This document shows positions 24,464-37,625 of a DNA stretch of 64,000 nt, piece after piece; positions within the stretch are counted from its first letter, which is position 1, and each line of letters begins with the position of its first letter. The translations under genes and the position numbers were made by a program. This stretch comes from Octopus sinensis. Taxonomy: Eukaryota. Location: contig NC_042997.1 in assembly GCF_006345805.1 (NCBI RefSeq), forward strand, positions 151,404,001-151,468,000, given 5' to 3'. Below the pieces are notes generated by a model, which worked only from the letters and a program-made list of their open reading frames with translations, searched no databases and was not told the origin of the DNA.

Positions 24464-25713
24464 CAACACGTATATGTACTTATGTATGTATATGTGTATA
24501 TAATACATATGTGTGCTTGTGTATGTTTAGGAAATATATGCCACTCGTTTCAGTACATATTAACATTACATCAGTCCTCTGGAATCTGCATTTGATTAGT
24601 GTCTTCAAAGATATATATACTTGAAAGTCTTCAAGTAAAGCGTTCTGCATGTCCGTTGACTACTCGGTGCCAAACATAAACGTTGTTATAGAGAAAATAT
24701 TTAAGTGATACTAACTATACGTTTAAATGGAGCTGAAAATAACGGAGTAATGCTACAATACAGAAAAGTAATAGAGGCAACGATAAAGAGGGGAGAAAGA
24801 TGGTGAAAGTGAGAGTTGGATAATATCAGAATCTATTGAGAATGCCTATCTAAGAAATTCGCCGCTGATTCGAATGAAAAAATAATAGAAGAGGATTGTA
24901 CAAATATTGTTTCTCTGGAAATACTATATAGTACATGTAATATGGTAAATATTCGATGGATTTATGTGTCGTCTTCTAGTCTTCAAATATATGCATTCAC
25001 TCATATGCGTGCACGCTTACAAACACGCACGCACACCACACACACGGACACACACACAGATACAATTATGTATACACATTGCACCATAGTATCTTTTCTT
25101 TTATTTGCTAATCTCAGCGCCTGGTAAGAGGTCATGCTAGAGTAGGAAGGAACTACATTGGTTTTTACTCGATTCCTTTCCAGTTATGTTTTCTCTTGTG
25201 TCCATTGTAAAGATTCTTTCTTGGGAGTGCATTTTCTTCCATGATCACATCACCGAATCTTTACCCAGTACATTAAATTACTACGTCATGCATGATTACT
25301 TGGTTAGTAATTGGCATTGTGAAAGTATACACTGGATGCTTAGGGAATATGATAATCGGAGGATTTCCAAGAGATCTTAGAAGAAGCGGATGACAAGACA
25401 TTTAACAAATATCCAATATAGAAGTTTGTATTAAATAACGCATTCTAATGAATAGGCTTTAGAGAGAAAGAGGATGTGCATGTGTAAATATATAATTATA
25501 TTAGAGGCTACACGAAGCACCAGCCGGCTAGAAAGTGCAGTCATTGCATAGCTGTTTAATGCTAATATCGCTTGCTGCCACGACTTTATTATTGTTATTA
25601 TTATCAGTTATATTTAGATTTACCGCTGGTGATGATGATGATGATGATAATAATAATAATAATAATAACAATAATAATATAATATCTTTACGAGTATTCA
25701 TTTCAATATATAT

Positions 25714-25752
<39 letters not shown>

Positions 25753-25768
<16 letters not shown>

Positions 25769-26964
25769 GAAAAATACAAACTGGGACAAGAACGTAAAAC
25801 ATTTAGAAGACGATACAAAAAACACGGACGGGACATTCGAAGCCTTCAATCTTCAGTCAAGAACCGGATCATCCTAGAAATTTCGGCTGATTAATCTTGA
25901 GATTGCTCCGATCCGGCCAGCCCCAAGGAATAACTAAGCTACGAGCATTAGATTTCTTGAAAAAAGGATCCAATGTATACGAAACAGGGACAGAAAAACG
26001 GACGATGCCACACGAATATAAAATACAAAAAAAATAATAGTAAAAACAGGACAAAAACAGCGGGTGTCTTACGACTAATAGACAGTACAACTTAGTTTAG
26101 CTGGCGTATTTTGGGAAAAAAAATGCCTTTTTCGGCAGACGAAGACAACGATGTTCTCATGGCGCTGGTTAGAAGCTGAAAGGCTGGTTGACCAGCAGTC
26201 ACGTGAGAGGAGAAGAGACAGAAAAAAAAGGGGGCAAAGGAATCAAAGAGAGAGAGAAAAAGAGGGACGAAGGCACCAAATGGGGGAGAAGAGAGGGAAA
26301 GAAGGAATTAAAGAGGGGAGAAGAAAGAGAGCGGGCCAAGGATTGGCTTGGCGACAGAATCAGTAAGTGCAAAGTGAGAAAGACAGAGAAATGTGAGAGA
26401 GTGGGGGTAGAGTAAACCAAAGAATCAGAGGCAAGAAAAGAGAAAAGGAGGAGGAGAAGTAGAAAGAGAGAGAGAGAAAGAGACAGATCAAAGTAGAGTT
26501 CAAAGTGTGAAATGCAGAGAAATGTAGGAGAGAGAGATAGTGTTATAGAGTCGTACCAAATTTAAAGGAATATGTACTTACATAAGGCCAAAGAGGGTGC
26601 GGACGCTGCTATATATATTATATGTAGAAAAATACAAACTGGAACAAGAACGTAAAACATTTAGAAGACGATACAAAAAACGGACGGGACATTCGAAGCC
26701 TTCAATCTTCAGTCAAGAACCGGATCATCCTAGCAATTTCGGCTGATTAATCTTGAGATCGCTCCGATCCGGCCAGCCCCAAGGAATAACTAAGCTACGA
26801 GCATTAGATTTCTTGGAAGAAGGATCGAATGTATATGAAACATGGACAGAAAAACGGACGATGCCACACGAATATAAAATACAAAAAAAATAATAGTAAA
26901 AGCAGTACAAAAACAGCGGGTGTCTTACGACTAATAGACAGTACAACTTAGTTTAGCTGGCGTA
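25753..26964. mobile_element. 1.2-kb element with ~355-bp direct terminal repeats and a ~500-bp purine-rich internal region
   Basis: 25753-26108 matches 26611-26964 with about a dozen differences by eye; no coding capacity, no shared TG..CA ends, left end in (TA)n. Confidence 0.7.
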
Positions 26965-27266
26965 CACATATACATACATAAATACATTCTTTTCTAACAC
27001 TCCCTCCAGATACAAAAAACACACACACGCACACGCATACTTGCTCTCTTTCACTTTCTCCCCATTCACCACCTTCTTGTACTGTCTTATGTCTCTCCCC
27101 GCCACTACACACTCAATAACACTATAAAATGATCAAAACTTAAATTCGTTTTCCCCAAGATCTTAGACCCCTCCTTGGAGTAAACATCCTGTCCAGCAGA
27201 ACAATTTTCTTTTCTTCTTCTTCCGTCGCCCTTCCCCTCTTTTTCTTTAACCCACATTTCCAAATA

Positions 27267-27316
<50 letters not shown>

Positions 27317-27619
27317 CACACATGCTCTCTCTTTCTCTCACTTTCTTCCCATCCATCACCCTCTTGTACTCTCTTACATCCCTCCCCACCACTACACACT
27401 CAATAACACTATAAAATGGTCAAAACTTTTTTCACAGGAACTTAGTTCGATTTGAAAACCCCACTAAAATAGGAGAAAGCGCTAATACATGATCTAAGTT
27501 ATATGATGTATAAAAACATGTAATATACAAATAAATATCTGTAAATATAAAACCATCAGAATTTCTGAGTACCTCATTTCTTCCTATATATATATATATA
27601 TTATATATATATATATATA

Positions 27620-27745
27620 TAACAAATCGACCACAGGACTTATTCTTCGTAAGTCTAGTACTAATTCTATCGGTTTCTTTTGCGGAAACGCTAAGGTTAC
27701 GGGGACGTATACACACCAACATCCGTTATCAAGCGACGGTGGGGG
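27620..27745 (-). mobile_element. SINE internal fragment
   Basis: Matches the ...cgtccccgtaaccttagcg..gatagaattagtactagacttacgaagaataagtcctgtggtcgatttg segment of the family. Confidence 0.7.
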
Positions 27746-27763
27746 GGAACAGACAGACAAACA

Positions 27764-27853
<90 letters not shown>

Positions 27854-27876
27854 TAAGTATATACTTATATATATTC

Positions 27877-28279
27877 TTTCTCTCTTTTACTTGTTTCAGT
27901 CATTTGACTGCAGCCATGCTAGAGCACCGCCTTTAGTCGAGCAGATCGACCCCGGGACTTATACGTTGTAAGCCCGGTACTTATTCTATCGGTCTCTTTT
28001 GCCGAACCGCTAAGTGACGGGGACATAAACACACCAGCATCGGTTGTCAAGCAATGCTATGGGGACAAACGCAGACACACAAACATATACACACACATAC
28101 ATACATATACATATATACGACAGGCTTCTTTCAGTTTCCGTCTACCAAATCCACTCACAAGACATTGGTCGGCCCGGGGCTATAGCAGAAGATACTTACC
28201 CAAGATGCCACGCAGTGGGACTGAACCCGGAACCATGTGGTTGGTAAGCAAGCTTCTTACACACAGCCACTCCTGCGCC
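27877..28279 (-). mobile_element. Full-length tRNA-derived SINE
   Basis: Minus strand starts ggcgcaggagtggctgtgtgtaag...ggttccgggttcagtcccactgcg (A/B-box-like) and ends gaaacaagtaaaagagag. Confidence 0.9.
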
Positions 28280-28287
28280 TATATATA

Positions 28288-28420
28288 TACGACAGGCTTC
28301 TTTCAGTTTCCATCAACCAAATCCACGCACAAGCCTTTGGTCGGCTCGTGGCTATAGTACAAGATACTGGCCCAAAGTGCTACGCATTGGAACGGAACCC
28401 AGTACCATGTGGTTAAGAAG
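28288..28420 (-). mobile_element. Second SINE head fragment, adjacent to the full-length copy
   Basis: Repeats the gacaggcttctttcagtttcc..caaatccac...accatgtggtt block. Confidence 0.75.
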
Positions 28421-28597
28421 CAAAGATCAGGACTTATCTGCAGCTCTTGGTGGTCCAGATCGGATATGCAATCTATGTGGGTGTCTTTTCAAAACATTGC
28501 CTGGTTTAAAAAGGCACATCAGATGCCATGATGGTTCCATGGTATAGTTACAGGAGGTGGTCATACTCTGCATAAGGAGTAGACAAACACCATATGT

Positions 28598-28894
28598 ATC
28601 ATCATCATCATCATCATCGTTTAACGTCCGTTCTCCATGCTAGCATGGGTTGGACGGTTCGACCGGGGATCTGGGAAGCCAGAAGGCTGCACCAGGCTCC
28701 GGTCTTATCTGGCAATGTTTCTACAGCTGGATGCCCTTCCTAACACCAACCACTCCGTGAGTGTAGTGGGTGTTTTTTACGTGCCACCTGCACTGGTGCC
28801 AGGCGAGGCTGGCATCGGCCACGATTTGGATGGTGCTTTTTACGTGCCACCGACACGGAAGCCAGTCGAGGCAGCGCTGGCATCGGCCACGATT
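28598..28894 (-). mobile_element. (GAT)n-tailed non-LTR 3' end / SINE with an internal ~65-bp duplication
   Basis: (CAT)n followed by cgtttaacgtccgttctccatgctagcatgggttggacgg...ggatgcccttcc; the block tttttacgtgccacc...gctggcatcggccacgatt occurs twice. Confidence 0.6.
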
Positions 28895-28910
28895 ATATAT
28901 ATATTATGTG

Positions 28911-28994
<84 letters not shown>

Positions 28995-30019
28995 ATTTAT
29001 ATATATATATATATATAATTATCAATATATAAAAGTTGATTTAAGGGTTAATATGTAAATGTAAATACCTTGGACTTGCCCCCTCATTGCTTTTTATCAA
29101 AAGTTTCATCTCCAGCCGCTCGTTATGTCAGTCAACACTCACACTGACATACCATTCTGCTGTGGTGGCTCATTTTGTGTTTCTCCCGCTCATTCCGTAG
29201 AATTTTCTTTGAAGAGAGCATAAATTGAAAGAGAAAGCGAAAAGGACAGAAAGTGAAGGAGATGGGAAAAGAATGAAAAATGTATGTAATGTGTAAACGA
29301 AATGGACATGTGTGTGTGTGCGCGTGCGTGCGCGTGTGTATGAGAGAGAGGAAGAGACAGAGAAAGATAAATAGTGTGAGTGAGTGAGTGAAGGTGTGTC
29401 CGTGATAACTGATGTCTTTTAAGGCAGACACACATATTGAAAATTTGACGTCATCGTATAAAATGTTTACGATAGTTGATTTATGGAAAATATTATAATG
29501 TTAAATTTTTGAAAAGCAACTATGTGAATGGAAATTAAGTTTAATTTGTAGCCGAAATAGTACTGAATCTTTTAGTACCCCATACGTCAGAATCGATCAT
29601 TAGGTTTTGGAATGCATAGGTATATATATATATATATATAGGACACAGACTTCTTTCAAACAGCAAGTATTATCTCACATTACAATAGAGACATAATACT
29701 GAAATAGTGTAAGAGATAAAAGATTACTCTGGGCTCGCATTAAGCAAGAAGTTGGGAATTTTTGGGGTCCATGACACTGCACGGACCTTGGCTTTTGTAT
29801 TTGACGGTAGTTGCTTTAAGTATTTTATTTCGATTTTCAGTGGCGTATTGGTAAGAACAACGGGATACGTAACAGTAGTTTCGAATAAAAATAAAAATGG
29901 AAGTTTTACTCATCCGATGGACAAGCAAATATTAGAAAAATAGCGATTCTCTCTTTGAAACTGACAATTTTTACAATCTTTTTAGATTACGGAACGCCCT
30001 GCTCTGTCATGTGTCCATA

Positions 30020-30105
30020 TTTAAAATTTCAGTGCGATCGGATGAACAATACTTGAGTTATAAGCGCACAAAAAAACAGACAGAACGGGATTTATATAAC
30101 AGATA
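30020..30105 (+). mobile_element. Possible Helitron/Helentron-type non-autonomous 3' terminus
   Basis: aaatttcagtgcgatcggatgaacaatacttgagttataagcgcac..aacagacagaacgggatttatataacagat resembles recalled termini of such elements; inference only. Confidence 0.35.
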
Positions 30106-30812
30106 TGTGTGCGTGTGCGTGTATGTGTGTGTACGTATGTATATTATGTATGTATATATGTACTTATGCATATGTATGTGTTTTATTTAAATTCTTAAGA
30201 AAATTCACACCGGTCCCTAACAAAGCAGCAACAGCAAGACATCTTGTGTTTCGAGATTTTCCACTGCTTGTAAATACGTGACTGATTTTTTATGTTGTTT
30301 GAACTGTGAATGCCCACCACCCAGTGTGTGCATCTTTTCATCTGAAGAATTTTAGATGTACAATGTTTCGAATATCTTTCAAATCCTCACTGCGCTTCTT
30401 ATAAAATAAATTTGGATTTATGCGTTTAAGTTTCTTATCTTCTTTCTTCTGAGAACTCAGTATTTATAGGTTTTAGTGTAAATCTGTAGGTACGTAGCAT
30501 AATGCTACGATAATAGGTACAAATGAAAATCTATAGTTAGCGTAATGTATGCATGCATGTATGTATGTATGTATATGTACGTGTGCATCCATGCAAGCAT
30601 GTATGTGTGTATGCATGCCTGCATGTATGTATTTCTGTATGTTTGTAGACATGTATGCATGTATGTTTGTATGTATATTTGTCTATATGAGTATATGTAT
30701 CTGCATGAGTTATTTCCGAATACACTGCGTGGTAACATAACAAGGCACATTATATATGTGTGCCTGAATGTGTGAACGTGTTTGTGTGTTTGTATGTTTG
30801 TGTGTATGTGTA

Positions 30813-30887
<75 letters not shown>

Positions 30888-30889
<2 letters not shown>

Positions 30890-31206
30890 TATATTAAATT
30901 AGAGACAAAACCACTATTAGGAAAATCAAACAATGAAAGACTTAAGCCAAAACAAATTAATTTATATTATCTAAATATGTAACATTATTAAAAATATAAA
31001 GTGGATATTAATTATATTTTTTAATAATTGTTACATATTTAAATAATATAAATTAATTATGTTTTGGCTTAAGTCTTTCATTGTTTGATTTGCCTAATAG
31101 TGGTTTTGTCTCTAATTTAATATAATATAATATTTTACTATAAAATTGGATTCAATCCTAAATCTGATTTTTCCCTGTAAGTTTGGATTTATTCCCTAAT
31201 ATTTAT

Positions 31207-31207
<1 letters not shown>
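30888..31207. mobile_element. Second member of the 24031-24439 family, inverted, palindromic over 30888-31125, ribozyme region absent
   Basis: Shares gagacaaaaccactatt...gaaagacttaa and the atttattccctaatatttatta end; ~110-bp arms around a ~14-bp loop. Confidence 0.75.
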
Positions 31208-31294
<87 letters not shown>

Positions 31295-31796
31295 ATGTAT
31301 GTATGCACGTGCATGCATATATGAGAATGGCTGATATGAAAACGGGAGAATAGTGCTCAAGATATGTACTAGACCTTCTGTATTTGCTCAGATACTTTCA
31401 GTTAATTCGTTCTTACTTAATATTTCAAAAGCATAAACTAACTCAAATGTAGGAAATGTGCACCTTCCAACCGATCCATGGGTATATAAATAAAAGCACG
31501 TCCGTATATCCTTTCAAATGGGGTCACAAGAACTGTGACTGAAATCCTTATATTATAACTCTCAGTGTGTATGGGACACGTGTAACTGCATGAACGCTCC
31601 CTCACAACAACACACTGTACTTATACGCAAGTTTATAAGTAGCACACAGTATTATGCGTGTATGTATGTATGTGTGTCACCGCCTGTATGAGCGTGCGTG
31701 AGTAAATGTATATATATATATGTGTGTGCGTGTGTGTAGGAGTTTGTATGTGTGAGTGTGCGCGCATGATTATATATATATATATGTATTTATATG

Positions 31797-31856
<60 letters not shown>

Positions 31857-34408
31857 ATATATATACACATATACATATATCTTTATATATATATGCATGT
31901 ATGTATGTATTTATATATATATACACATATGTACATGTACGTACAAACAAGCATATATCCACACATACACACACACATACGACACACTTATATGTGTATA
32001 TACTCTCACAAACACAAAAGCAATAGATAAGGTAATTTTCCTATCTTATCAATTCACCATAATCTCACTGATATTCCTTCTTAAATCTCTTAAGGGGTAT
32101 TACTCTTCATTTTCTTGTCCTTGCTACCTAAGACATAATCCTTTCTCTTTTAAACACTCGTCTCTAGTATCATACAGAACTTCCAAATCAGCAGTTTTCT
32201 GGCGCCATTTACAATTCTGGAATTCTTATTCATCGTACGTCGCCAATCGGAAAGCTTTCTTATAAAATCTCTCAATGCACAACCAAAGGTGTTTTTTTTT
32301 TCTTGTTTTTTTTTGTTATTTTATATTTACCTCTATATATCAAGCGATGATGGGTTTTAGGGAGACATATTTACTTATTTATCTGTGTATTCTGTATATT
32401 TATTCATTGCGTATCTTCGAGTTTATTGCTTCGCTTCAAAGAAACTGAATATCCCTGATTTATTTGCCTATACCCAACACCCCATCTACTAAGACAAACA
32501 ATCTATAAAAATAGAAAAGTTGGAAGATCCTTTACTCTCTAACTTTTGGTATTGTCACCACATTAGCGAGCTATACAAGGCTGCCTTGTCATTGAATTCT
32601 TCAGATTTCAAAAAAGAAATTAAGCCAATAATATAAATACAAGCATAAACAAGATAAAGCGATAATATATATTACCAGATGTTTCCTCTGATTTATATTT
32701 TCCCGTCTCCCATCTGCTTTTCTCTACTCCTACTTTCTCTCTGTATATATCTGTCTGTGATACTAAGCATTTCTTTCCATGTATTTATATATTTATGGTT
32801 TTATCTTTTCTTTTATTTTGATCGTACTTTATTTTACCGTTATCTGTTTTATTTTTTTCCACATCTTCTAGCTATAACTCTTCTTTGTTTCATGCATTAC
32901 TTAATTTATTTATTTCTTCTTTTCTTTGTTCATTTCTTCCTCTTTCTCTGTTTTGTGTTTATTTTCCATTCTTTCATTAATCCTTTATACATAATTTATA
33001 CCCCATGTTTCTCTCCTTCTCATTCTAATTGCTTTTCTCTCCAGTTCTTCTCACCTTTACTCAAATTATTGCTTCTTTAAATTAGTGTTGGCCTCTACCA
33101 ACAGCAGAGTTACAGTAGTGCTAAAATTCGAAGCGAAAAATCAAAGCACTACAATATGTTATTGATGATGTACTTAGTTCAATACTTGTAATTCTGAAGC
33201 ATTTACCGTCGGTAAATACAATGCATTAAATCTAAGGAATAACAGAACTCTGGCACTGAAATGCATTTGGTTAGCTTGAAATTTTCAGTGTAAGACATTT
33301 CACATTTAAGCTCAGTTTAACGAATTTATCATGTCAGGCTATTTTGAGGTTAACTATTAAAACATGAAACCATATTTAATCAGAACATATTTTGTAATGT
33401 AGAACATTAGATAATACATTTTAAAGATTACAATTCATGATCAAAACGGAAACAAATTCAAGTCTCTCTTATTGACCTAGTTCAATTGTTTAAACTAAAA
33501 TTACAACGGCCATACAAGCAGTGCAATATAGCTCCAACACTGATGAATTCAACTTGAGTAGGCGGAAAAATTACTTTTACCAATAAGAATATGTCAAACT
33601 GGCAAGAGAAAGGAAGAGAATGCGAAATCACTTCCCTGTGAGGAAGATGTTCGTGCTGTTTTTTGGTCGGTGGTTTGATGTGTGTCATTTTTCATATGGT
33701 GTTTGGCGAGAAGGTTATTTATATCAAAATACCCTTTTTTCAGCTCTCTATTCTTCATCTATAATCCAACGTCTTTCTTTCCCTTGTAACCAAATCTCTC
33801 AGCCGTATATTAGCAATAATGCCTTCTAATTATTCAGTTTCATCTCTCTTACTCTCAGCTCACTCTTCCAACATCTGAACCGTCAGGAAATTTTTTCAAC
33901 TATGTTGAATATATTTATCGTTCTTCACTTCTCTCTCTCTCTCTCGCTGCAATCATAATCCCCAGTGACAATGCTTCATACTAATATCGTTAGAGCTTAT
34001 GCCACATTATAAATTTTTTGAAATATTTGATCAAATTACAGTTCTCCTGTATCTGTTCGCTTCACTGACACGTACTTTCAAGCCATGTTATATCAATTAC
34101 CACCTGAACACTTAGTCTTTGAGCAGAAAATATTGCCATTGCAGCTAATGCATCAATTGATCACTTCCTCATAGGAAGAGGTAAACTTGCAATAGATATA
34201 AGTCAATGCAGTTGCGTATAGCAATCGTGTAAAGGCATCAAAATTCTTGTAACCTAGATCTCAACTTTAAACGCCACACAAAAAAGCAAATATTTTCTTA
34301 GAACTTCCTTTTATAAACTTTCCTTTTATAGTCAACAAATGTTGAAGATATCATTTCAACATATCTTTGAAGAGGTATATGTATATCTCTTTAAAGATAT
34401 ACGCAGAA

Positions 34409-34906
34409 GGCAAGGAGTGGCTGTGTGGTAAGTAGCTTGCCAACAAACCACATGCTTCTGGGTTCAGTCCTACTTCATGGCACCTTGCGCAAATGTCTTC
34501 TTATATAGCCTCGGGCCACCAAATCCTTGTGATTGTATTTGGTAGTAGGAAACTTTTAAAAACCTGTCGTATATATATATATCAATAAGTCACTCAGATA
34601 CTATATATGTGTGTGTGAGTGTGAGTGAGTGTGTGTGTATGTGTGTGTGTGTCTGTGTGTGTGTGTGTGTGTGTGTGTTTGTCTCTGTGTGTTTGTGTCT
34701 GTGTTAGTGTGTGTGTCCCCACCAACATCGCTTGACAACCGATGCCGGTGTGTTTACGTACCCGTAACTTAGCGGTTCGGCAAAAGAGATCAATAGAATG
34801 AGTAATAGGCTTACAAAGAAAAGTCCTGGGGTTGATTTGCTCGAGTAAAGACGGTGCTCCAGCATGGCCACATTCAAAGTGACTGAAACAAATAAAAGAA
34901 AAAAGA
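34409..34906 (+). mobile_element. Full-length tRNA-derived SINE
   Basis: ggagtggctgtgtggtaagtagcttgc...gggttcagtcc head; 3' gcggttcggcaaaagag...ccagcatggccac..gactgaaacaaataaaag. Confidence 0.9.
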
Positions 34907-36529
34907 ATACAATAATAAAATTTGCTAAGTGTAAAATCTACGTTCAAACAATTATGGCTGTTTCTGTCAAAGAATTAACTCTTTTCCATAACGAACTCTT
35001 CGGTCGTTCTTTCTGTATAACAATATGTCTGAACCCACAAACATCTCCACCATAGCTTTGAGCAACACTTTTCAAACTAGTTGCAGAAGTCCTATTCCTA
35101 TCTCTTTCACTGGCCTATAACTTTCACTACTTCTATCACATTCACAGTCTTTTGGCCTCCCAAATTCCTGCTGAGGGGATAAAATTCGCTGTTTCCCTTT
35201 CATCGTCCACGTAATTTTGCTATCCAATTACGACGTTGAGTCACGGTTGAGAGATGCAAACTATTCGTGAAGCGAAACCTGTAATATATCCTCGGACAAA
35301 GGTGTTAATTATAGTCTTCCGTAACATTGCAAAGAAACAATGTTACGGAAACATTCTTGTAGTAACATATAGAGTATTGTTAAAAATATATTTTACGCAA
35401 AGAGAAGTACTATTTCTTCTTTCAGTTTTCTACAACGGATAAATGGGAATCTGCTGCAAATAACTGGTTCAGATATGCACACTTTCATACAAGCATTTCC
35501 ACTTGCATCACACTTCCATAGCGTACATCAGAATATCTCATTAAAAATGCTGTTTACTTATTCTAACTCAGATTCATTTTCTTTTCTTTTAAATTTAGTT
35601 CCAGCCCATATTTGTGTTGTAGGGATCAAAAATCGGGGCTTCGAATTAAATATCAATCATACTGGTCTACGGCATCAATAAGTCACTCAAATGCTATGGA
35701 CATCCGTTTTTCCTCTGAATAATAAAACTAATACACACATACACACACATATGTATATATGTATGTATATAGAAATATATACTTTATGCAAGTTATTTAT
35801 TGTCCTTTTTTCTTTGCAAAAGTATCTTAACACGCATATATGAGCATACATTAGTGACAAGACGACAAATCAATCAACATCCTCCACCCTCACAATCATC
35901 GATCCTGTTATCCAGCCATTCATCCATTACTCTAATATCCTCTGCACATATCCACTTACGAAAATATCTCAGTTGCCTAGACACATAGTTAATACGTCAA
36001 GCAGATTTTTCATAATCGCATTATTTAACGTATTTTCAGCCTTCAGGCTGATTATTCATTTTCGGTTGCACGTCTATTCTAGGATATCAATGTCGAGTTG
36101 TTGCTCGGAGACAGAAAATCTTCCGGTTTAGCAAGCTATCTTCATTGACGATGCTACAGCTTTAGTAGGAATAGTCCACACGCGTCTTGTCAAATTGAAT
36201 CGAGCAGCAAAACAGAGGTTCACAATAGTTTTGCAATGCACTATCATGTTACATCTTCTTAATTAGAATAGATTAATCTGATGGCACCGTTTCATATTGC
36301 TTTCTTTTAAAACATTATGTTGACTATTTGTGATGGTGGTGACTGGATTATATGACATGTATGTTGAACGTCCAATCTTTATTCTTAGTGAGTATAGGTC
36401 TGTGTGTGCGATAACATTGTACCCCATAAGTAAAGGAGCATTTAACTTTGATTTCTAATTCAAAAACCAAAGGCTATGATGCACACACATATATTTATAT
36501 ATGTATATATACATACACTCACATACAAC

Positions 36530-36588
<59 letters not shown>

Positions 36589-37071
36589 TACATAATTGGG
36601 GTTCAGTAAAAAAGATTTACCTTACCACACACCGAACTTTTAGAAATAGCAGCCAAAAAATTTAGCTATTTCCTCTACTATAAAAAGAGTCTCCCAGACA
36701 ATGTATACTCAAAAACAATTCACGTAGGTATAGAGGGAAAAATAACGAAAGGTCACACGTACTTCGATTACTTGAGAACGCCGTTTCTGGGTTATAAGAT
36801 ATAGATATGCTAGAAATACATACCCATATCAACATTCCTGTCATCAGCCCAAGATTTCGTTAAGTTTAAATTTGAGAGCACTAAAAATCGAACATACCCG
36901 ACTGATAGGAATAATCCCAGACGAACCATCTTCGACCGCCAGTACTAACGAATTCAAAAAGTACGAATGAGGCTTTATATCCTTCCCCGTCCACCCACGT
37001 GAGTTATAGAGCAACAAATTCCTACAGAGGAATTCGTAGTTTATTATCAGGGAGAGAGAATTATATTGTCA

Positions 37072-37120
37072 ATAATAAAAGGGTAAAATTATTAATTAAT
37101 TAATTTTACCCTTTTATTAT
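37072..37120. repeat. ~49-bp AT-rich palindrome next to (TA)n
   Basis: ataataaaagggtaaaatta...taattttacccttttattat. Confidence 0.8.
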
Positions 37121-37122
37121 AT

Positions 37123-37234
<112 letters not shown>

Positions 37235-37259
37235 CATATATATAGATAGATAGATAGAT

Positions 37260-37310
<51 letters not shown>

Positions 37311-37313
37311 TAA

Positions 37314-37436
37314 AAATATCGTGTACATTACAACACATTAAGAGGCTTTCAAATAGGAAAGCCTTATGCTAGAAAGCGCAGTAGAAGGCTTTCCTATTTT
37401 GAAGCCTCTTAATGTGTTCTAATGTACACGATATTT
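37314..37436. repeat. ~123-bp hairpin (52-bp arms, 19-nt loop)
   Basis: aaatatcgtgtacattacaacacattaagaggctttcaaataggaaagcctt is mirrored by aaggctttcctattttgaagcctcttaatgtgttctaatgtacacgatattt. Confidence 0.85.
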
Positions 37437-37579
37437 CTATGTGAATGATATATTGTCTATTGACTATTTTTTTGTGCTAGGCCACTGGTAATAATAATTT
37501 CTATAATTCTTATTAACCTAATATTATTTATTAGATAGATTGATAGATACATACATACATACATACATACTTACATATT

Positions 37580-37625
<46 letters not shown>

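Noticed and set aside
25800-25910. Hammerhead within the 355-bp direct repeats
   Set aside because: CUGAAGA is present on the minus strand, but no stem II followed by GAAA and stem III can be built; the second candidate (CUCAAGA..GAAA) lacks the core G.
32040-32290. Coding-like minus-strand stretch ([14 protein letters not shown]...)
   Set aside because: Multiple stops and no recognisable motif.
36070-36260. AIFIDDATALV...NRAAKQ as an RTE RT fragment
   Set aside because: Only one FxDD-like word with weak context; it needs an HMM search.
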